Source of the DNA: a virus
Length of the DNA: 48,049 nt
Direction: 5' to 3' (one strand)
IMG/VR virus record: IMGVR_UViG_3300045988_024716
Below the pieces are notes generated by a model that saw only the letters and a program-made list of their open reading frames with translations, made no database searches and was not told the origin of the DNA. Shown here one piece after another: positions 1-6,453 of this stretch. Both the position numbers and the translations under genes were made by a program. Position 1 is the stretch's first letter. Each line of letters opens with the position of its first letter.

Positions 1-55
1 CACGGTCATCTACAATCAGGCGCCCACCGCGCCGAGCACCATCAACGTGCCGAGC
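1..55. repeat. Terminal overlap: bases 1-55 are identical to 47995-48049 (circular contig or assembly k-mer overlap)
   Basis: Direct comparison of both window ends. The ORF starting at 47192 continues in frame into 2-907. Confidence 0.9.
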
Positions 56-907
56 GAGGTCATCGGCGGCGAAAATATCACCGTGACATGGGGCGCCTCC
101 ACTGACTCGGACGGCAACCTCTCTGGCTACATCCTCGAGAAAAAGGTGGACTCCGGCACATGGACGCAGATCTACAAGGGGTCGTCCCGCACCTACTCCG
201 TGGCCGTGACCTACGGCTCCACCTCGATCCAGTTCCGCGTCAAGGCATACGACGCAGCCGGCGCCGAGTCCGCATATACCACGAGCGCCTCCAGAACGGT
301 CATCAACAACCGGGCGCCCGTCATCAGCGGCAGCGACGGAGACCTCGGCAGCTTCAGCAGCGCGTCCCCGACGCATGAGTACGTCGTGACCGACGCCGAC
401 GGCCATCAGGTCGACGTCGTCGAGTCTCTGGACGGCGTGGCGATCAAGAGCTACACCGTCACCCTCGGCCAGACCAACACCCTGAGCCTGACGGGCGACC
501 AGTTGCTCAAGCTGACCAACGGGCAGCACACCCTCACCATCAAGGCCACCGACGCCAAGGACGCCTCCGTCGTGAGGACGCTGACCTTCACCAAGGCCGT
601 CACCTCCGTCGAGTTTGTCCAGACCGTCGCCATGACGGCCGACGCCATGCCGACCAAGGCCCTCGTCAATATTCAGGGCAATTTCCCGGCCGGCTGCACG
701 CTTCAGGTCTGGATCTGCAACAACGGCAACGACGCGAGCCCGACATGGGAGGACATCACCACCAAGGCCCTGAACAGCCAGAAGCACTTCTTCACCAACG
801 CGACCAAGACCGCGAGCGACTGGGGCGTCAAGGTCAAGGTGAAGCTGCTCCGCGGCTCTGCAACCGAAACCTGCTACATCCAGTCGATCGGAGGTAACTT
901 TGCATGA
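1..907 (+). CDS. 3' part of the DGR target / tail-fibre-like protein (continuation of 47192..48049; 569 aa on the circle), with an FN3-like domain and a beta-rich C-terminus
   Basis: The frame of ORF 47..907 is open back to base 2 and matches the frame of the 47192 ORF across the 55-bp overlap. ITVTWGASTDSDGNLSGYILEKK..WTQIY..FRVKAYDAAGAES is a fibronectin-III-like pattern. Confidence 0.8.
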   Translation, partial: TVIYNQAPTAPSTINVPSEVIGGENITVTWGASTDSDGNLSGYILEKKVDSGTWTQIYKGSSRTYSVAVTYGSTSIQFRVKAYDAAGAESAYTTSASRTVINNRAPVISGSDGDLGSFSSASPTHEYVVTDADGHQVDVVESLDGVAIKSYTVTLGQTNTLSLTGDQLLKLTNGQHTLTIKATDAKDASVVRTLTFTKAVTSVEFVQTVAMTADAMPTKALVNIQGNFPAGCTLQVWICNNGNDASPTWEDITTKALNSQKHFFTNATKTASDWGVKVKVKLLRGSATETCYIQSIGGNFA

Positions 908-1068
908 TTAAGCACAAGAGCGACAGCATCAAAGAGCTGCACCAGAAGGAGGCCGAAGCGGCCGAGAAGGACAAGATCATCGCCGAGCAGGCTGACACCA
1001 TTGAGCTGCTGAAGGGCTGCATCATGGAGCTGGCTGACGTGGTCTACGGAGAGGAGGCGACGGTATGA
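904..1068 (+). CDS. Small coiled-coil protein (54 aa), unknown function
   Basis: ATGA start/stop overlap with the upstream gene (stop 905-907) and the downstream gene (ATG 1065). Read by hand; it is below the ORF-track size cutoff. Confidence 0.4.
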   Translation: MIKHKSDSIKELHQKEAEAAEKDKIIAEQADTIELLKGCIMELADVVYGEEATV

Positions 1069-1229
1069 GCAAGATCGTCGAGCTGTACGTCAGAGAGCTG
1101 ACCCGTGAGGGCTCCACCATGACCATCAACGACGTCCCGAAGAAACTGCGCCAGCAGGTCGAGGGCGCCATCGCCGCACTCGAGGCGGCGGCAAACGCCG
1201 GCACCGCGGAGGAAGGGGCGGCCAAATGA
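1065..1229 (+). CDS. Small phage protein, CD1375/XkdX-like (54 aa)
   Basis: MSKIVELYVRELTREGSTMTINDVPKKLRQQV resembles the short Y..G..T..DVP..LR..V proteins found after tail fibres in Firmicutes phages. Start is translationally coupled. Confidence 0.45.
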   Translation: MSKIVELYVRELTREGSTMTINDVPKKLRQQVEGAIAALEAAANAGTAEEGAAK

Positions 1230-1285
1230 TCGCCCGGGCCCTCGCGTGGCTGTTACTGACTTTTTCAGGAAAGGAGGAGCGCACA

Positions 1286-1414
1286 ATGCTGGTACGTCTT
1301 TATGCAGGCGAGATCATCATGGGCAAGATCACCGAGGACAACGTCCCCGCGAAGCTGAAGGCCCGCGTCCATCAGTATCTCGTCGACATGGGCTACTTCG
1401 AGGAAGAAGCCTAA
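1286..1414 (+). CDS. Small phage protein, CD1375/XkdX-like paralog (42 aa)
   Basis: MLVRLYAGEIIMGKITEDNVPAKLKARVHQYL has the same motif as the 1065 ORF. RBS aaggagg lies 8 nt upstream of ATG 1286. Confidence 0.45.
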   Translation: MLVRLYAGEIIMGKITEDNVPAKLKARVHQYLVDMGYFEEEA

Positions 1415-1421
1415 AAAATAC

Positions 1422-1452
1422 GGAGGGCCGCAGCTCGCGGCCCTCCAATTTT
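1422..1452 (+). terminator. Intrinsic terminator
   Basis: 10-bp perfect stem ggagggccgc / gcggccctcc (1422-1431 / 1437-1446) followed by aatttt. Confidence 0.6.
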
Positions 1453-1465
1453 GTGAGGTGAGTCT

Positions 1466-1831
1466 ATGATTGAAATGAGCATCGGCAGCCTGATCGCCAT
1501 GATGGGGATCCCGACTGCCGTGACCGGCTTTTTCTTCTGGCTGCTGGAGCACAGGATCCAAAAGCGCGAGAAAAAGCGAGAGCAACAGGAGGCGACGGCC
1601 CGCGCAAAGGCTGAGGAGCGCGAACACGCCCGGGAGGAGCTTCAGCTCCTTGCCATCCAGAGCACCAACGCGGCCATCGCCCTCGCTGAGGCCACAGCCA
1701 AGGCCGTGCAGCGCATCCCTGACGCCAAGTGCAACGGGGATATGCACGCGGCCCTCGACTACGCGGCCAAGGTAAAACACGAGCAAAAGGACTTTTTGAC
1801 CAAGCAGGGGATCCAAGCGATCCTCGAGTAG
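1466..1831 (+). CDS. Membrane-anchored coiled-coil protein, lysis-associated (BhlA/UviB-like architecture, tentative)
   Basis: N-terminal TM segment (SLIAMMGIPTAVTGFFFWLL) followed by a highly charged K/R/E helix. Located directly upstream of the holin and endolysin genes. Confidence 0.5.
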   Translation: MIEMSIGSLIAMMGIPTAVTGFFFWLLEHRIQKREKKREQQEATARAKAEEREHAREELQLLAIQSTNAAIALAEATAKAVQRIPDAKCNGDMHAALDYAAKVKHEQKDFLTKQGIQAILE

Positions 1832-1844
1832 GAAGGAGGCAGAC

Positions 1845-2153
1845 ATGGCAGCCAGACGCCGCCGGCGCCGGTCGAAAAAGAAGAAGATCGAGGCCAGCAA
1901 GAGGCTCGCCTACTGGGCGGCCATCGTGGCCTCTGTCTGCCCGATCGCGTCCTACACACTGGCAGCCTGTGGGCTGGATCCCGTCAGCGACCTGACGAGC
2001 ACCATCTTCACGGCCTGCATCGGCTATTTAATCACATACGCCGCCAAGAGCCTCGGGGAAAAGGTCAGCAGAAACCGCCACGGGCTCGACGCGGACGGCA
2101 ACCCGCTCCCGGATCAGACCGGGAGCTCTGAAGAAACGGAGGCAAAAGGATGA
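1845..2153 (+). CDS. Two-TM small membrane protein, holin/antiholin candidate
   Basis: Poly-Arg/Lys N-terminus, two hydrophobic segments, RBS ggaaggagg. Sits in the lysis cassette. Confidence 0.45.
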   Translation: MAARRRRRRSKKKKIEASKRLAYWAAIVASVCPIASYTLAACGLDPVSDLTSTIFTACIGYLITYAAKSLGEKVSRNRHGLDADGNPLPDQTGSSEETEAKG

Positions 2154-2464
2154 ACACCATCGACATCACACCCGTCGTCAACGCGGTCATCGCTCTGACC
2201 GCCACCGTGGTCAGTGTGTTCCTGATCCCGTGGATCAAGAGCAAGACCACCGCACAGCAGCGCAGCGAGCTGGTGGCATGGGCCAAGATCGGCGTCGCTG
2301 CTGCTGAGCAGATCTACGTCGGACAGGGCCGCGGCGACGAGAAGAAGCAGTACGTCCTCGAGTTCCTGAAGTCCAAGGGCTTCGACCTGAACGAGGAAAG
2401 CGTCAACAATGCCATCGAGGCAGCGGTCAAGCAGCTCAACACCGAGGGCCTGCTGATCGACTAA
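2150..2464 (+). CDS. Holin, LL-H-like family
   Basis: Single N-terminal TM (VVNAVIALTATVVSVFLIPWI), then ..AWAKIGVAAAEQIY..G..KKQYVLEFL.., typical of LL-H type holins. Lies upstream of the endolysin. Confidence 0.6.
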   Translation: MNTIDITPVVNAVIALTATVVSVFLIPWIKSKTTAQQRSELVAWAKIGVAAAEQIYVGQGRGDEKKQYVLEFLKSKGFDLNEESVNNAIEAAVKQLNTEGLLID

Positions 2465-2470
2465 TAACAC

Positions 2471-2498
2471 GGGCGGGCCCACGGGCTCGCCCTTTTTC
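2471..2498 (+). terminator. Intrinsic terminator-like hairpin
   Basis: gggcgggcc / ggctcgccc stem (one G-T pair), loop cacg, then ttttt. Confidence 0.5.
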
Positions 2499-2514
2499 CA
2501 TAGGAGGGATCAAT

Positions 2515-2625
2515 ATGAAAACCAACCAGAATACCAACGACATCGAGCTGAAGCCCGGCGAGGCCGTCACCAGCGAGACCCTCGAGGAGCTCAGCAACGG
2601 GAAAGGAGACGACGACCATGAGTAA
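2515..2625 (+). CDS. Possible 36-aa acidic peptide between holin and endolysin
   Basis: ATG 2515 is preceded by taggaggg. MKTNQNTNDIELKPGEAVTSETLEELSNGKGDDDHE. It overlaps the endolysin start by 8 nt. No homology recognised. Confidence 0.25.
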   Translation: MKTNQNTNDIELKPGEAVTSETLEELSNGKGDDDHE

Positions 2626-3625
2626 CAGCCCTCTCGTCAGCTATACCAAGCTGAGCCCGAACCACTCGGGCAAGCGTACCCACGCGATCGACACCATCAC
2701 GATCCACTGTATGGCGGGCAACTGCTCCGTCGAGACCTGCGGCCAGATCTTCGCCTCATCGGCCCGGCAGGCGTCCAGCAACTACGGCGTCGGCACCGAC
2801 GGCCGCGTGGCTCTCTACGTCGACGAGGCAAACCGCTCGTGGTGCACCTCATCCAATGCCAACGACCAGAGGGCCGTCACCATCGAGGTCGCCAACAACG
2901 GCGGGGCCCCTAACTGGCCCGTCTCTGATAAGGCATACGCGGCGCTGCTGGATCTTGTGACCGACATCTGCAAGCGCAACGGCATCAAGAAGCTCGTCTG
3001 GTCGACCAGCAAAAACGACCGCGTGAACCACCTGAACGGCTGCAACATGACCGTGCACCGCGACTACGCAGCCAAGAGCTGCCCGGGCGACTACCTCTAC
3101 AACCGCCACGGCCAGATCGCGGCCGAGGTCAACCGGCGCCTCGGGGCCACCGACGCCGGCAGCAGCTCCAGCAGCCAGACCTCCGGCAGCACTGACGACA
3201 GCCTGAAGGTCGGCGACGTCGTCACCTTCAGCGGCAGCAAGCACTACACCAGCGCGGCCGGCAGTACCGGCTCGACCTGCAAGCCCGGCAAGGCTAAGAT
3301 CACGGCCATCGCCAAGAGCAAGGCCCATCCGTACCACCTGATCGCCGTCTCCGGCGGCGGCTCCACCGTCTACGGCTGGGTCGACGCCAGCACCGTCAGC
3401 GTCGGCAGCGAGGCCGCAGCAGCTACCTCCTACCGCGTGAAGATCACCGCCGACGTCCTGAACATCCGCAAGGGCCCGGGCACCAACTACGGCACCAACG
3501 GATCCATCAAAGGCGGGGGCATCTACACCATCGTCGCCGAGTCCGACGGCACCGGCGCGACCAAGTGGGGCAAGCTCAAGAGCGGCGCCGGCTGGATCTC
3601 ACTGGACTACGCGAGCAAGGTCTGA
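2618..3625 (+). CDS. Endolysin: N-acetylmuramoyl-L-alanine amidase (amidase_2/PGRP type) with C-terminal SH3-like wall-binding repeats
   Basis: ITIHCMAG..SSNYGVG.DGRV..YVDE..RSW..S...ND.RAVTIEV....MTVHRDYA.KSCPG is the amidase_2 zinc-site pattern. The C-terminal YRVKITADVLNIRKGPGTNY...KWGKLKSGAGWISLDY is SH3b-like. Confidence 0.9.
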   Translation: MSNSPLVSYTKLSPNHSGKRTHAIDTITIHCMAGNCSVETCGQIFASSARQASSNYGVGTDGRVALYVDEANRSWCTSSNANDQRAVTIEVANNGGAPNWPVSDKAYAALLDLVTDICKRNGIKKLVWSTSKNDRVNHLNGCNMTVHRDYAAKSCPGDYLYNRHGQIAAEVNRRLGATDAGSSSSSQTSGSTDDSLKVGDVVTFSGSKHYTSAAGSTGSTCKPGKAKITAIAKSKAHPYHLIAVSGGGSTVYGWVDASTVSVGSEAAAATSYRVKITADVLNIRKGPGTNYGTNGSIKGGGIYTIVAESDGTGATKWGKLKSGAGWISLDYASKV

Positions 3626-3699
3626 TTGTGCAAAATGCCACCGGCGCGGCGCGGATCACGCTCGGCCAGCGGCATCAATATCGGCAAATTATACAAAAA

Positions 3700-3731
3700 C
3701 CCGCTCGGGAGAGATCCCGGGCGGGCTTTTT
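3700..3731. terminator. Bidirectional intrinsic terminator between the endolysin and the convergent minus-strand gene
   Basis: 10-bp stem cccgctcggg / cccgggcggg (one G-T pair), flanked by aaaaa on the left and cttttt on the right. Confidence 0.65.
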
Positions 3732-3746
3732 CTGTTTTGTGGGCCT

Positions 3747-4508
3747 TTACTCCTCGCCGTCGTCAACGCCGAGCTCGTGGGCCAGCCAGTACATATGCTT
3801 GCAAGGCTTTTCCCGCTCTACGAAGTCGGGGCAGGTGCAGCCGATCAGCGTGGTGGCGTATTTGTCGCCGCCTCCACCGATGAACGTGGCGCACTTCTTC
3901 TCGAGGTCTACAACGTCGGGCATCAGATCGCCGGAAAGCGCACGAGCGCGGCGATCCTTCTGCGGCTGATACTTCAGGTGGTCGCCCCAACGGCTCCACA
4001 GCTCGGCCGCGCTGGTGGCCTCATAGTCGGCCATGATCTGCGCCGTCTCCTGTTCCTCCTCGGTCGGGCTGAAGCGCAGGGCGCAGCCGTTTGAGTCATA
4101 GAACCCGCCGCACAGGATCGTCACAATATCGACGATCCAACCGATACCGCAGACGCCGACCGTCAGCGTCCAGATCACGCCCGTGCCGATTTTACCGACA
4201 TAATACCGATGGGCGCCGAGCCATCCGAGGAAAATGCAGAGGGCCAGTGCCACACCCTTGCTTTTGGGTGAGGTCGGGCGCTCTGAAGCTGGCACCGAGA
4301 CGCCGGCGGCGCCGCCGGACTTCCTGCCGGAGCTGGTCGTGTAAGACAGGCCCGTGCCGGGCATACTGACAGTGGTGTGACTTTTCCCGGTCGTGCTGAT
4401 CGTATGCTTCAGACCCTTCGGGCCGATGGACACGCTCGCACTCTTTTTGCCTACATTCAAGCGAACACCGGGGAGGATCTGCTTGCTTTTTCTAAACCGC
4501 GTTCCCAT
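3747..4508 (-). CDS. Membrane protein with DUF4236-like N-terminus, TM2 domain and C-terminal SWIM zinc finger (moron / lysogenic-conversion candidate)
   Basis: MGTRFRKSKQILPGVRLNVGKKSASVSIGPKG (DUF4236-type). FLGWLGAHRYYVGKIGTGVIW...GWIVDIVTI (TM2 motif). CTCPDFVEREKPCKH (CxCx9CxH SWIM). Has its own RBS ggaaggag, promoter and terminator. Confidence 0.7.
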   Translation of the reverse strand: MGTRFRKSKQILPGVRLNVGKKSASVSIGPKGLKHTISTTGKSHTTVSMPGTGLSYTTSSGRKSGGAAGVSVPASERPTSPKSKGVALALCIFLGWLGAHRYYVGKIGTGVIWTLTVGVCGIGWIVDIVTILCGGFYDSNGCALRFSPTEEEQETAQIMADYEATSAAELWSRWGDHLKYQPQKDRRARALSGDLMPDVVDLEKKCATFIGGGGDKYATTLIGCTCPDFVEREKPCKHMYWLAHELGVDDGEE

Positions 4509-4540
4509 GAGTTACTCCTTCCTGATGGCTTTTGTTTTTA

Positions 4541-4609
4541 TTAGCGTTTAGCCATCTTTAGGATAATATTAGCACGGGAAAAATGGTAATGTCAACATGA
4601 CGTGGTCAT
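4541..4609 (+). promoter_or_regulatory. Candidate plus-strand promoter (TTAGCG-17-TAATAT) overlapping the divergent promoter, plus a 13-bp palindrome atgacgtggtcat (4597-4609)
   Basis: Hexamers at 4541-4546 and 4564-4569. The palindrome lies between the promoter and the RBS of the first XRE gene. Confidence 0.35.
4566..4595 (-). promoter_or_regulatory. Sigma-A-type promoter for the minus-strand membrane-protein gene
   Basis: On the minus strand: TTGACA (4590-4595), 18-nt spacer, TAATAT (4566-4571). Confidence 0.5.
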
Positions 4610-4627
4610 CTTTGGGATAAAAAGGAG

Positions 4628-4879
4628 GTGGGTGCTGCGAAGATTTACAAACCAGACGGAAAGTGCAACATTTCCGGCGCGAATGTGCGAGAGGCACGGC
4701 AGCGGGCTGGCCTATCTCAGGAGCAGCTCGCCTACAAGATCCAGATCGCGGGGCTCGACATCACGCAGAAGGCCATCAGCAGGATCGAAACCGGCGACCG
4801 CATCGTCGCGGACTACGAGCTGCAATATCTGGCCGACGCGCTGGAGACCTCGATCCTCAACCTGCTGGGTATAGAATGA
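4628..4879 (+). CDS. XRE-family HTH transcriptional regulator (repressor-type)
   Basis: ISGANVREARQRAGLSQEQLAYKIQIAGLDITQKAISRIETG is a canonical HTH_3 pattern. Start is uncertain because GTG 4628 overlaps the RBS aaaggagg. Confidence 0.8.
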   Translation: MGAAKIYKPDGKCNISGANVREARQRAGLSQEQLAYKIQIAGLDITQKAISRIETGDRIVADYELQYLADALETSILNLLGIE

Positions 4880-4909
4880 GAGCGACGGGAAGGCCCGCCG
4901 CTCTTTTTT
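4880..4909 (+). terminator. Intrinsic terminator after the first XRE gene
   Basis: gagcgacggg / cccgccgctc stem (1 mismatch), loop aagg, then tttttt. Confidence 0.6.
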
Positions 4910-4911
4910 AC

Positions 4912-4940
4912 TTGACATTATAGAGCAAATGCTCTATAAT
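4912..4940 (+). promoter_or_regulatory. Consensus sigma-A promoter TTGACA-17-TATAAT with an embedded 11+11-bp perfect inverted repeat (operator)
   Basis: ttgaca at 4912-4917 and tataat at 4935-4940. The inverted repeat attatagagca-aa-tgctctataat spans 4917-4940. Confidence 0.7.
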
Positions 4941-4970
4941 TAAGGCATAGAAAAACAGGAGGAAATCAGC

Positions 4971-5222
4971 ATGGAGAAGGTCGAAAACAACAGCAATTTG
5001 CAGAGGCTCCGCAAGGCCGCAGGCTTCTCGCAGTCGCAGCTCGCAAAGCTGGCCGGCGTCAACGTCCAAGTGCTTCAGCAGTACGAGCGCGGCGCCCGAG
5101 ACCTGAACGGGGCCAAGCTCCTGACACTCCTCAAGTTATGCAACGCTCTGGAGTGCGGGCTGGCCGACATCATCACGGACAAGGAAACACGGGAGCAGCT
5201 CAGCGCATACGCAGCACACTGA
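4971..5222 (+). CDS. XRE-family HTH transcriptional regulator (Cro/CI-type)
   Basis: LQRLRKAAGFSQSQLAKLAGVNVQVLQQYERGARDLNGAKLLTLLKLCNALEC is an HTH_3 pattern. RBS is acaggagg. Confidence 0.85.
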   Translation: MEKVENNSNLQRLRKAAGFSQSQLAKLAGVNVQVLQQYERGARDLNGAKLLTLLKLCNALECGLADIITDKETREQLSAYAAH

Positions 5223-5227
5223 AAGAA

Positions 5228-5252
5228 GGGACGGCCGGCGGCCGTCCCTTTT
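5228..5252 (+). terminator. Intrinsic terminator
   Basis: Perfect 9-bp stem gggacggcc / ggccgtccc, loop ggc, then tttt. Confidence 0.7.
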
Positions 5253-6345
5253 GCCATTTTCAAGGAGGTACATCATGGGAGAACATTTCAGCCACTTAAC
5301 AATGACCAAGCGGATCCAGATCGACGCTTTTCTGCGTGCCGGCATGAAGCCGACCGAGATCGCCAAGGAGATCGGCGTCCATTATACCACCGTCTACCGG
5401 GAAATGAAGCGGGCCACCTATGAGCACCTCAACAGCGACCTGACCACCGAGATCCGCTACAACCCGGACGAGGCCGACCGGCTCTACCGGGAGCACCTGA
5501 AGGCAAAGGGCCCGGATCTGAAGCTCGGCAACGACTACGAGCTGGCCGACTACCTCGTCGAGAAGATCCGCGACGAGAAGTACAGCCCCGAGGCTGCCGT
5601 CGGCGAGGCCGAGGTCAACGGCTGGCGCTTCAAGACGAAGGTCTGCGCGAGCACCGTCTACAACTACATCCGCGGCGAAGTGTTCGGCGACGATCTCACG
5701 ACCGAAATGCTGCCGCAGGGCGGCAAGCGCAAGCCGGCCAGAAAAGCACCCGAGGGCACCGTCTCCCGAGCCCCGGCAGGCAAGAGCATCGAGCAGCGGC
5801 CGAAAGAAGTCGACACCCGCGAGACCTTCGGCCACTGGGAGATGGACAGCGTCGAAAGCTGCCAAGGCGTCAGCAATACCCTCCTCGTGCTGACTGAGCG
5901 CAAGACCCGGAAGGAGATCATCATCCCGCTGCGGGATAAGACGAGCGCCAGCGTCGTCCGGGCCCTGAACGGCATCGAGCGCAAAGTCGGCGCCCTGTTC
6001 CCGAAGATCTTCGCCAGCATCACGGTCGACAATGGCTGCGAGTTCGCCGACGCGGCCGGCATGGAAAAGAAACGCCGCGGCAAAGGCAAGCGCACCGAGA
6101 TCTACTACTGCCACCCGTACACGCCAAGCGAACGAGGCAGCAACGAGAACCAGAACGGCCTCATCAGGAGGCACATCCCGAAGGGCACCGACCTGAGCCA
6201 AGTCTCGCCCCGGGAAGTCAAACAGGTCGAGGAGTGGCTGAACAATTACCCCCGGAAAATGTTCGGTTTTCTGTGCTCCGAGCAGCTTTTCCGGGCTGAA
6301 ATCGCCGCTCTGCTGCCCTCGTGAAAAATTTTTTAGGCTTTTTTA
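5253..6345 (+). mobile_element. Possible IS30-family element or domesticated transposase locus; ends not defined
   Basis: Transposase gene only. I could not find terminal inverted repeats or target duplications by eye. Confidence 0.3.
5275..6324 (+). CDS. IS30-family DDE transposase / integrase-like recombinase
   Basis: N-terminal HTH (MKPTEIAKEIGVHYTTVYREMKR). Catalytic signature HWEMD ... ITVDNGCEF ... YYCHPYTPSERGSNENQNGLIRRHIPKGTDLS ... LNNYPRKMFG is typical of IS30 transposases. RBS aaggagg precedes ATG 5275. Confidence 0.9.
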   Translation: MGEHFSHLTMTKRIQIDAFLRAGMKPTEIAKEIGVHYTTVYREMKRATYEHLNSDLTTEIRYNPDEADRLYREHLKAKGPDLKLGNDYELADYLVEKIRDEKYSPEAAVGEAEVNGWRFKTKVCASTVYNYIRGEVFGDDLTTEMLPQGGKRKPARKAPEGTVSRAPAGKSIEQRPKEVDTRETFGHWEMDSVESCQGVSNTLLVLTERKTRKEIIIPLRDKTSASVVRALNGIERKVGALFPKIFASITVDNGCEFADAAGMEKKRRGKGKRTEIYYCHPYTPSERGSNENQNGLIRRHIPKGTDLSQVSPREVKQVEEWLNNYPRKMFGFLCSEQLFRAEIAALLPS

Positions 6346-6355
6346 GCATTTAATC

Positions 6356-6384
6356 TTGACAAAAGCGACCGTGTCCGCTAATAT
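6356..6384 (+). promoter_or_regulatory. Near-consensus promoter TTGACA-17-TAATAT bracketed by the inverted repeat gcatttaat (6346-6354) / attaaatgc (6383-6391)
   Basis: Hexamers and spacing counted directly. Confidence 0.6.
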
Positions 6385-6388
6385 TAAA

Positions 6389-6434
6389 TGCACAGAGACT
6401 CCAACCGAGTCCACTGTGCATTTTTTCTTTTTTA
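6389..6434 (+). terminator. Strong intrinsic terminator immediately downstream of the 6356 promoter
   Basis: Stem tgcacag..gactc / gagtc..ctgtgca (7+5 bp with a small internal loop), loop caacc, then ttttttctttttt. Confidence 0.6.
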
Positions 6435-6453
6435 TCGACCAAATGAGACGGAG

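Noticed and set aside
2515-2625. Small acidic ORF with ..ETLEELSNGKG.., considered as a bacteriocin or lanthipeptide-type leader peptide.
   Set aside because: There is no double-Gly cleavage motif followed by a core peptide, no Cys/Ser/Thr-rich core and no modification or transport genes nearby. It is kept only as a low-confidence ORF.
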